From a virus, in the UHGV virus genome UHGV-0468246: a DNA stretch of 64,000 nt, one strand, 5' to 3'. Of the stretch, positions 38,573 to 46,021 are shown piece by piece. The notes under the pieces were generated by a model. It searched no databases, was not told the DNA's origin, and was given only the letters and a program-made list of their open reading frames with translations. A program made the translations under genes and the position numbers. The stretch's first letter is position 1; every line of letters starts with the position of its first letter.

Positions 38573-39000
38573 CTACGCCGTCCTCTTCCAGACGTTGACG
38601 GAGATGTGGAGCGGGTAGTAGTCCGCCCCCCCCCTGTTGCGTTCGTCCATGCGTCGAACGTGTATAGCGAATCTTCGACAACGCCGGAAAGGGCGAAGTT
38701 CTCGCTGCCTTCCACGTTCTCCCTCAACGTGGTCGTGACAGACCTTGTTCCCGAATGGATGTGCGACGGCATCTGGCCGACGCTTATCTTCTTCGAGCCG
38801 CCTACGGCACCAGCCGCAGCGTACCCAGCCGTCCCGGCGCACGCGAGCACGCCGCCCGTCAGCTTCACCCACGTGCCGCCGAAGACGGTGTTCGGGTCTT
38901 CCGAGCCGACGGTGAGGTAAAGGCTGTTCACCGGGCGCACGAGGTCGAGCATCGTCTTGTCGATGCCGCCCTCCAGATGGAACCCGCTCAATCTTGCCAT
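38573..39000 (-). CDS. tail-collar-domain mini-protein, array member g, frameshifted at a G9 tract (reads in frame into member f as sequenced)
   Basis: RBS AGGAGG before ATG 39000. GGSKKISVGQMPSHIH…NATGGG, then the frame is lost; G10 restores ADYYPLHISVNVWKRTA-stop at 38573. As sequenced, track ORF 37678..39000 fuses g and f. Confidence 0.5.
38626..38634 (-). repeat. poly-G tract 6 (G9 on sense strand) inside member g
   Basis: Plus-strand C9. Confidence 0.8.
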
Positions 39001-39054
39001 TGCCGCCTCCTGTGTGTCTGACGCTGAAATGATAGCACAGGGCCGGGCGCTCGG

Positions 39055-40146
39055 CTACGCCGCCTTCTCGTAGCGGAAGAAGTGCGTCCAGCCGCCGGAG
39101 ATTTTCACCACGGAGATTTCATCGCCCGTCTGGTCTCCGCCCTGCCCGTATATGCCGCCGTCCTCCGCGCTGTGAGCGCCCGCCGTCTCTCCGTTGCCGA
39201 TGTACCATTCCGTGTGCGCTGCGCGCCACATGATGTCGCCGCGCTTCAGCGAGCCGACGTTGCCGTCGTACGGGTACATCTTCCATCCGATGGGCGGAAG
39301 AACCTCCTGCATGCGCGTCGTGTTGAACGTCCAGCTTCCAAGCTCCTCGCGCGTCCATCCACCGGCGAGGAGCGAGTAGAAGACCAATGACGAGCAGTCG
39401 TAATCGGGGTTCCCGTCGCGGTTCCCCTGACTGTACCCGTGGCTGTCGTCGTTGCATATCTGTATGGCCCACTGCACGGCCTTCTCGACCGCCTCGTACG
39501 AAGCGGTTCCCCCTCCGGCTGACGACGAGCCGCCGGAGCCTATGGCGGGGCCTGACGTTTGCAGCATCTTGTAAATCTGGTTCACCATGTCCGCGCCTTG
39601 GGTGTCGGCCAGCTTGACGCGGTACATCGACGTTGCGAACTCGATCACGTCGTCGGGCAGCTGCCCTATGGCGATCTTCGACGCGTCCCAGTTGGCGACG
39701 TTGGTGAGCACGTTCGCCCCCACGCGCCAGTACTCCTCGTGCGTCTTCCACGTCGAGCTGTTCGTGAACAGGAGCTGCTGCGATTCGTACAGCCCCGCGT
39801 CCCAGTAGAGCGCTTGGAGGCGGTAGAGCGCGCACTTCCCGGACATCTCGAAGTCGGCGTTGTAGAGCCGCCAGAAGTCGCACTTGGTGATGTACCCGGC
39901 GAAGACCGGGTACTCGTCGCCCTTGGACAGGCGTATGACGATTCTGTCCATGGGCGTGAACGCCCCGTTGTACTTGCCGCCCTTGTTCTGAAGTGACAGG
40001 GAGAACGTGGAGCAGCTATCGACGTTCAGGTTTATCTTGAAGCCGGTGATGTCGTCGGTGAGGTCGTACGCGCGCACGGAGCCGTCCTGCTGGCGCACCG
40101 CCACCTCGGCCTTGACCATCGGCGTGTAGGTGAGTATGGCCGTCAT
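39055..40146 (-). CDS. tail-associated lysin paralog B: shared N-terminal domain plus NlpC/P60- or CHAP-like Cys/His peptidase domain
   Basis: Start MTAILTYTPMVKAEV (internal ATG of track ORF 39055..40422); C-terminal YDCSSLVFYS…HTEWYIGNG papain-like Cys/His motifs. Confidence 0.6.
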   Translation of the reverse strand: MTAILTYTPMVKAEVAVRQQDGSVRAYDLTDDITGFKINLNVDSCSTFSLSLQNKGGKYNGAFTPMDRIVIRLSKGDEYPVFAGYITKCDFWRLYNADFEMSGKCALYRLQALYWDAGLYESQQLLFTNSSTWKTHEEYWRVGANVLTNVANWDASKIAIGQLPDDVIEFATSMYRVKLADTQGADMVNQIYKMLQTSGPAIGSGGSSSAGGGTASYEAVEKAVQWAIQICNDDSHGYSQGNRDGNPDYDCSSLVFYSLLAGGWTREELGSWTFNTTRMQEVLPPIGWKMYPYDGNVGSLKRGDIMWRAAHTEWYIGNGETAGAHSAEDGGIYGQGGDQTGDEISVVKISGGWTHFFRYEKAA

Positions 40147-41243
40147 GGCAGAAGCCCCGGCCTGCACGGATAGGCCTCGTCGAGTATAACGCCGCCGTTC
40201 CAGCCCCACCCGGTGCCCTGCGGCACGTAGGTGTTGCCGGAGTTCACCCATTCCGTCAGCGACCACTCGTGCACGTACCCTATGTTGTCGAGAACCACGC
40301 CGTTGCCGACGTAGATTCCCACATGGCCGTACACGCATCCGGGGTTGCCGGAGTTGTCCCAGCCGTAGCCGAACACGGCTGCTCCGACCTTGACCTTGCT
40401 CCAATCCGTCGATGCGCCCCACGCCCGCGCCGCCTCGCGCGCCGAAGACTTGCGGGGTATCTTGATTCCGGCAGCGTCGAACACGTCGTCAACCCACTTC
40501 TGGCAGAAGCCGCCCTGCGTGGTTATGCCGTACCTCTCGGAGTTCTTCGCGACCTCGACGATCTTCTTCTGCGCCTCGGTCACGTCGCCGTCGAACACGT
40601 CCCCGCCGAGGCCCCCGATGTCCCCCGTCGCCTCCGTGAAGGTAGGCCCCGACACCTGCAACATCGAGTAGATTTGATTCACCATGTCGGCTCCCTGCGT
40701 GTCGGCCAGCCTCGCATCGTACATCGACAGCGCCCACTCGATGACCTCGGTCGGTATCTGGCCCACGCTGATGCGCTCGGCGGGCCAACCGGCGACGCTC
40801 ATCAGGACGTTGGCTGCGGCGCGCCAGTAGCCGCCGTCCTGATCGGAGCTTTCGGCGCTCTGGAAAGTGACAAGCTCGCGAGACGCGAGAAGGCCGCTGT
40901 CCCAGTAAAGGGCCTGCAAGCGCCATAGAACGTCCTTGCCCGTTATGGTGACGGGCTGCGAGTTCAGCATGAACATGGGAACCTTCGTGACGTAGCCCGC
41001 GAGGACTTGGTAGCGGTTCGCCTTGGAGAGGTATATGGCTATCGCGTCCATGGGCTTGAACGCCCCGTCGTACTTGCCGCCGACGTTCTGAAGCGTGAGC
41101 GAGAACGTGGAGCAGCCGTCGGTGTTCAGCGTCACGGAGAAGTCGGTGATGTCGTCGGTGAGGTCGTAGTACTTGTAGCCGTTCGCCGTCTGCGCCCTCA
41201 CCTGCGCGCTCACCATCGGCGTGTAGGCGAGTATGGCCGTCAT
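40143..41243 (-). CDS. tail-associated lysin paralog A: shared N-terminal domain plus CHAP peptidase domain
   Basis: MTAILAYTPMVSAQV…; C-terminal GGFCQKWVDDVF…GHVGIYVGNG CHAP-like Cys/His motifs. Confidence 0.65.
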   Translation of the reverse strand: MTAILAYTPMVSAQVRAQTANGYKYYDLTDDITDFSVTLNTDGCSTFSLTLQNVGGKYDGAFKPMDAIAIYLSKANRYQVLAGYVTKVPMFMLNSQPVTITGKDVLWRLQALYWDSGLLASRELVTFQSAESSDQDGGYWRAAANVLMSVAGWPAERISVGQIPTEVIEWALSMYDARLADTQGADMVNQIYSMLQVSGPTFTEATGDIGGLGGDVFDGDVTEAQKKIVEVAKNSERYGITTQGGFCQKWVDDVFDAAGIKIPRKSSAREAARAWGASTDWSKVKVGAAVFGYGWDNSGNPGCVYGHVGIYVGNGVVLDNIGYVHEWSLTEWVNSGNTYVPQGTGWGWNGGVILDEAYPCRPGLLP

Positions 41244-41752
41244 GCCCCGGTCGCCTCCCCACGGAACGCAGCGTCGCCCTGCGCCTTGATATCGTCCTGC
41301 TCAACCTTGTCGGCGGGGATGTCGCCAACGCCTCCGGTGTTCTCGCTCTCGTTGCCCTCCTCGCCCGTCTCGTCCTTGACGATGACGCACTGGTAGGAGT
41401 TTTGGTAGACGGAATCGCCGAACTTCACGTCAACCGGGAAGCTGGTGAACGCGATGGAGTAGGACTTCTTTATGACGGGTATGGAGAGCACCATGTGGCT
41501 CGGCTTGGTCATCGAGGTGAGGTACATGTGGTACTCGGCTATCCAGCGCGAGAACTCCAAGTACTCCTCCCGGCTCCTGAACGCGAGGCCGAGCGTTATG
41601 TCGCTCTTGCGCCAGTTGCGGGGGTACGCCGTCTGCCCCTGCCGCGCGTACGACGTTGCCGTGAGGCCGAGCGACATGCCGAAGGCGAAGTCCTCGACTA
41701 TGACATCCTTGCTCCTGCCGTTGTACGTCAGCGTCCCGTTGAACGTTCCCAT
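41240..41752 (-). CDS. tail/baseplate assembly protein (hypothetical)
   Basis: 170-aa track ORF between TMP-proximal genes and lysin A. Confidence 0.4.
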   Translation of the reverse strand: MGTFNGTLTYNGRSKDVIVEDFAFGMSLGLTATSYARQGQTAYPRNWRKSDITLGLAFRSREEYLEFSRWIAEYHMYLTSMTKPSHMVLSIPVIKKSYSIAFTSFPVDVKFGDSVYQNSYQCVIVKDETGEEGNESENTGGVGDIPADKVEQDDIKAQGDAAFRGEATGA

Positions 41753-41753
41753 G

Positions 41754-42467
41754 TCAGCTCACCCTGTTGTAGGAGCCGTCTTCGTTCCACACGTAGCGAA
41801 CCATCTCCGACGTGCCGCCCGACACTTCGAGGCGCACCACGCCGTCGTCGGTCGTGACCTCCCCGTCGTCGTTCTGCCTGATCTTCTCGTACTGCTCGTA
41901 GAGGCTCGCGCCGTAAGCGTCGTAGCTCCCGCTGTTCTCCACGACCTGCTTCAGCGCCTTCAGCATGTCTTCCCAGTTGTTCGTGTCGGGCGTGTTGTAC
42001 ACGCTGCGCGTCCACCCAACGCCGTCGGGGATGGCGTTGAGCGCGTCGGTCGCCACGATCTCCTTGATGGTGTCGAAGCCGGTATCGACGAAGAACGTGA
42101 GCTGGTAGCTTATGGCCGCGACCTTCGGGCTGTAGCTGAACTTCGACACGTCCTTCAGGAACACCTTCCCGTTCCATCCGAGCACCGGGAAGTAGAACGT
42201 GACCGGGTTGCCGGTGTCCACATGGTACTGCATGATGTCGGCCATCTTCTGCTGGAACTCCTCCATGCGCTGGTAGCGGTTCTCGTTCGTGAGGCCGCGC
42301 GCCGAGAGGTAGCCGGTGATGGTGAGGTCGCCGATGTTGCGCGCGATGATCTGGACGACGGTGCCGCCCTTCGTCTGAATCTTGTTCGTCTTCAGCTCGT
42401 AGCCCCATTTCGCCGTGCTGGGGTCGATGCCGAACGCGTAGTTGCCGAGCCTCGCCGTAGCCATCAC
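41754..42467 (-). CDS. tail protein immediately downstream of the tape measure (XkdP/gpX-like position)
   Basis: 237-aa track ORF; start overlaps the TMP stop. Confidence 0.4.
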   Translation of the reverse strand: MMATARLGNYAFGIDPSTAKWGYELKTNKIQTKGGTVVQIIARNIGDLTITGYLSARGLTNENRYQRMEEFQQKMADIMQYHVDTGNPVTFYFPVLGWNGKVFLKDVSKFSYSPKVAAISYQLTFFVDTGFDTIKEIVATDALNAIPDGVGWTRSVYNTPDTNNWEDMLKALKQVVENSGSYDAYGASLYEQYEKIRQNDDGEVTTDDGVVRLEVSGGTSEMVRYVWNEDGSYNRVS

Positions 42468-44674
42468 ATGCCCCCGTTGTCCGATTGCATCTGCTCGCGC
42501 CCGTTCTCGACCATGATGGCGAGCACCTTTTCAGCGTCGTCCTGCCACCTCACGGTCAGCGCCACGGGCGTTTCTCCCGTGTCGGAATCGGAGTAGCCGT
42601 ACCACGCGCCCTTGTCCTGCCAGTCGAACTTGCCCGACAGGAACGACGCAGCGCCCGTCTGGTTGCCGAGCCAGTCCTTGCCGTACTCGCCGTAAGACCA
42701 CGCGGTGTCGCTGAACATGCGGGCCATGCCCTCGTCGGTCATCCCCGCCATGTCCTCTGCGGTCACTTCGCCGGAAAGCTCCATGGCCTGCATGAAGATG
42801 GCCTTCTCGTCGTCCGACAGGCTCGCGTAGTCCTTCGACAGGATGTCCTTCAGAACCGCGTCGCCCTTCTTGTCGCCCATGCTAAGGCCGCTCACGTAGT
42901 TGGACATCCCGCTGACCTCGATGATGCCCGCCTCGGAGTACGTGTTGATGCTCGATGCCTCGGTGCTTCCGCCAAGCTCCTTCGCGCGTTCGAGCATGGA
43001 GTTCACGCCGTCGCCGCCCACCGATTCCTGCTGGGCGCGGTTCGCGCCGCCCACGAGAACGTCGGACAGCATGTCGAACACCCCGTCGGGGTCTTCTATG
43101 AGGCTCATTGGAAGCTGCTTCATGCCGAACAGGGACGCGAGCTGCTGCTGCACGCTTATCTGCTTCGCCATGCCGTCGATGCCGAGGCCGCTTGCGTTCT
43201 TCAGCTCGCCCACCACGCTGTTGAACTTGTCCCGGTCGCCGCTCATGACCGCGCCGATGAGCGCTTCCACGTCGCCGCCCTTCGTCTGCGCGGCGTACCC
43301 GACCGTCTGCTGTATGGCCGCTGCGTACGCCTGACCGGTGTCCATGCCCTGCGCGATGTTCTGCGACACGTTGTTCTGGAACATGGGGTTGCTCCCGTAC
43401 GCGCTTATGAAGCCGTTGGCGGCGCTGTAGGTGTTGCCGCTCGCGTCGCCGAAGAAGCGGGTGAGGTCAACGCCGACCTCCTGCGCCTCGACCGACGAGC
43501 CGGTAAGCCCCTCCATGGTCTTCGCGAAGCCCTCCTGCTGCTCCTGTATGGACGACAGGGACGCGCCCGTGCTCTCCGCCACCTGCGCGAGCGTGTCGAA
43601 CTTCTCGTTCAGGTAATCGACGCTCTTGCCGCCCTTCACGACGGCCTTCACGTACTCGTCGGTCGCCTTCGATGCGGACAGGCCGCGCTCCTGCGTCGCG
43701 TTCACGACCCAATCGTAGCCCTGTCCGTACGTCTCGCTGCCGTAGGTCGCGCCGCCCGACATGAGGCCCTGCTGAATCGTCTGCACGTCCTTGTCCGAGA
43801 GGTTGGTCGTGAACTCCGTGAGCTTCGACTGGATGCCCTGCTCCACGCCGACGTTGAGGTTGCCGGTGCCGCCGGTCGCCTCCAACGAGGCGTTCTTCAG
43901 ACCTTGGAACTGGTCGATGCCGCTCTCCACGAGGTTGAGGCCCGCAACGGCGGTGCCGAGCACCGCGCCCACGGGGCCGAGGAACTTCAGCACGCCGCCC
44001 GCCTTGGAAAGGACGTTGGCGATGGTGCCCATGCCGCGCGTGCCGCCAGCCCCCAGAGCGCCTATGACGGACGTAGCGCCCTGCGCGACCTCCGCTGCGG
44101 TTCCCGCACCCTGCATGACGCGATCTGCCGTGCTAGGCCCCTCGTAGCTCTCCACAAGCCTATCGAAGGAGCTTTGCTGCGCAGACGCGCTGCCCTGACG
44201 CACGACGTTCGAGTACAGCTTGTCCATGAACTCGTCGTCGCGCGCCCGCATGTCCTCCGCCATCTGTCGGCGGTCGTCGTCGAGGGCGCGTATGAACTCA
44301 TCGACCTTCTTGGTTCGCTCCGCCTGCTCCTTGTCGATCTTCTCCTGAAGACTGGCGAACGTCTCCCTCGTCTCGCGAGCGGCATCCGTCTGCTCCTCAA
44401 CCGCCTTGGTGAGTTCGGGGGTTTCGAGAACCATGGCCGCGCCGGTGCCGTTGCCGTCGATGCCGACGCTGCCGCCTAGGTCGCGTATCTCCTCAATGTA
44501 GTCTTGGAACACCCCTATCTGCTTGGTCATCTTATCGACCTCGGAGACGAGGGAGGTTGCCGCCTCCTCGACAACGCTCTTCGACGCGTCGGCGCGCTGC
44601 ACCAGCTCGCCCATGCGCTGCGCAACGTCCGTGGAGGACGTTACGGGCCTGCGTACCACGTTGTCTTCGGCCAT
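42464..44674 (-). CDS. tail tape measure protein
   Basis: 736 aa, alpha-helical with Gly/Ala/Ser-rich repeats, located after the G/GT chaperone pair. Confidence 0.75.
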   Translation of the reverse strand: MAEDNVVRRPVTSSTDVAQRMGELVQRADASKSVVEEAATSLVSEVDKMTKQIGVFQDYIEEIRDLGGSVGIDGNGTGAAMVLETPELTKAVEEQTDAARETRETFASLQEKIDKEQAERTKKVDEFIRALDDDRRQMAEDMRARDDEFMDKLYSNVVRQGSASAQQSSFDRLVESYEGPSTADRVMQGAGTAAEVAQGATSVIGALGAGGTRGMGTIANVLSKAGGVLKFLGPVGAVLGTAVAGLNLVESGIDQFQGLKNASLEATGGTGNLNVGVEQGIQSKLTEFTTNLSDKDVQTIQQGLMSGGATYGSETYGQGYDWVVNATQERGLSASKATDEYVKAVVKGGKSVDYLNEKFDTLAQVAESTGASLSSIQEQQEGFAKTMEGLTGSSVEAQEVGVDLTRFFGDASGNTYSAANGFISAYGSNPMFQNNVSQNIAQGMDTGQAYAAAIQQTVGYAAQTKGGDVEALIGAVMSGDRDKFNSVVGELKNASGLGIDGMAKQISVQQQLASLFGMKQLPMSLIEDPDGVFDMLSDVLVGGANRAQQESVGGDGVNSMLERAKELGGSTEASSINTYSEAGIIEVSGMSNYVSGLSMGDKKGDAVLKDILSKDYASLSDDEKAIFMQAMELSGEVTAEDMAGMTDEGMARMFSDTAWSYGEYGKDWLGNQTGAASFLSGKFDWQDKGAWYGYSDSDTGETPVALTVRWQDDAEKVLAIMVENGREQMQSDNGGM

Positions 44675-44675
44675 G

Positions 44676-45017
44676 CTACACTCCCTGCTGCTCCATCATC
44701 CGCATAAGGCCCTCCATGGTGTCGGACGTGATGCACACGTCGTCCGCCTCCTGCGACTTGCGCCATTGGCGCATCTCAATCGACTTCTGGTAGCTGTCCG
44801 GGTGCTCGTAGGAAAGCCAGAAGTCCTTGTCCTCCCTATTATCGAGGAGTTCGCGCGCCCGTTCAAGACGCTTGGCGATGTCGAGCGCCGTGATCTGCAC
44901 GACGTTCAGGTCTCCTTCGAGCATCCGCCGATGATAGGCCTGCTGGCACTGCGAGAAGGCGAGCGCGACACCTCGCGGCAGCTCGTCCTCGCTGCCAGTC
45001 AGGCCGATTATTTTTTT
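44676..45017 (-). CDS. tail assembly chaperone GT extension (-1 frame), made by programmed frameshifting from the upstream chaperone
   Basis: Track ORF 44676..45041 is in the -1 frame relative to 45008..45412 and overlaps its last 11 codons; the shared slippery A-AAA-AAA is at 45011-45017. Confidence 0.6.
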   Translation of the reverse strand, partial: KKIIGLTGSEDELPRGVALAFSQCQQAYHRRMLEGDLNVVQITALDIAKRLERARELLDNREDKDFWLSYEHPDSYQKSIEMRQWRKSQEADDVCITSDTMEGLMRMMEQQGV

Positions 45018-45412
45018 AGCGCGCCCGCCACCTCGGCGCACGACCTGCTCATGACCTTGTACTCGTCGTAAAGGAACTCGACGACCGTGGCGTACCAGTT
45101 CTTCATCTGCTCCGCCTTGGTCGCGATGGGGTCTACCTCCGGCTGTATGCCGCCGAGCATCGACTGGCCGTCAACGCTCTGCACCGCCGCCGCGACGGTG
45201 TAAAGCTTCAGAGCGCTTATCTCGTTGCGGCAACCCACGTACTCGCGCGTGAGCTGCCCCACGCGCAGCTCCTCGCCCTGCGTGAGCGTCTTCAGCGCGA
45301 TCTTGTGCCCCGCGTACTCAACGGTCTTCGTCATGGCCCCGACGTAAAGCAGCCCTAGGAAGGGCTGCTTGTATTCTTCGGGGAAGACCTCGCCGATAGC
45401 TTTCTCGGCCAT
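45008..45412 (-). CDS. tail assembly chaperone (gpG-like)
   Basis: Start MAEKAIGEV with RBS GGGAGGACGAACA; 134 aa ending …AGALKK-TAA on the slippery run. Confidence 0.65.
   Translation of the reverse strand: MAEKAIGEVFPEEYKQPFLGLLYVGAMTKTVEYAGHKIALKTLTQGEELRVGQLTREYVGCRNEISALKLYTVAAAVQSVDGQSMLGGIQPEVDPIATKAEQMKNWYATVVEFLYDEYKVMSRSCAEVAGALKK
45011..45017 (-). promoter_or_regulatory. -1 programmed ribosomal frameshift slippery heptamer A-AAA-AAA
   Basis: Sense gcg cta aaa aaa TAA: zero frame ALKK-stop; -1 frame RAKKIIGLTGSED… continues for 110 codons. Canonical G/GT arrangement upstream of the TMP. Confidence 0.7.
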
Positions 45413-45432
45413 TGTTCGTCCTCCCTGTCGCG

Positions 45433-46008
45433 TTAGTATGTGATGCCGCCTGCGGTGTCGCGCTCGGCGACGGTGAGCGTCTGCACGAGGCGGCGGGTGT
45501 ACTTGATCTCGATGTCCACGGTCATCTCCATGGTGCGGCTCTCGAACGTCTCCGGCTGGATGCAGTTCGTGATGACCGCGCCTTCGTAGGTGATGACCCT
45601 CCAAAGGTTGTCGCTCGCTCCGCTACCGGCCCGCTCGAACTTCTTCACGAGGATGCGGTTGCCCGCCTTGCGCTGCGCCTCGAACACCTCGTAGATGTTC
45701 ACGAGGCGGTTGGCCTCCGTGGGGCCGCCGAGCACGTTGGTGTTCTCCAACGCCGTCGCGATGCCCTCCTTTCCCCAGAGCTGCCATACGCGGCAGCGGA
45801 TGGTGCCGGAGCCTTGCACGACGGGCGGAACGATCTCGACGGGGCAGAACGAGCCTACCGGGATGATGTCAACGGCGCTCGTGACGGCGGTGCCGGGGGT
45901 GTCGGTCGCCTGCGCCATGAAGCGCATGGGCTTGGTGGAACCCCCTTCGTCGCCGATGGCGATGAACGTGTTGCCGCCGCCTGCGACGCGTACTTGGGAA
46001 TCAGGCAT
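45433..46008 (-). CDS. tail tube protein
   Basis: 191 aa immediately downstream of the sheath gene, as in a conserved myovirus tail gene arrangement. Confidence 0.55.
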   Translation of the reverse strand: MPDSQVRVAGGGNTFIAIGDEGGSTKPMRFMAQATDTPGTAVTSAVDIIPVGSFCPVEIVPPVVQGSGTIRCRVWQLWGKEGIATALENTNVLGGPTEANRLVNIYEVFEAQRKAGNRILVKKFERAGSGASDNLWRVITYEGAVITNCIQPETFESRTMEMTVDIEIKYTRRLVQTLTVAERDTAGGITY

Positions 46009-46021
46009 TTCTCACTCCTTC

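Noticed and set aside
45001-45020. The run CCGATTATTTTTTTAGCG partly resembles the TCGATTAWWTAATCGA palindrome
   Set aside because: Only the left arm matches. The A/T run is explained by the -1 frameshift slippery heptamer of the G/GT chaperones.
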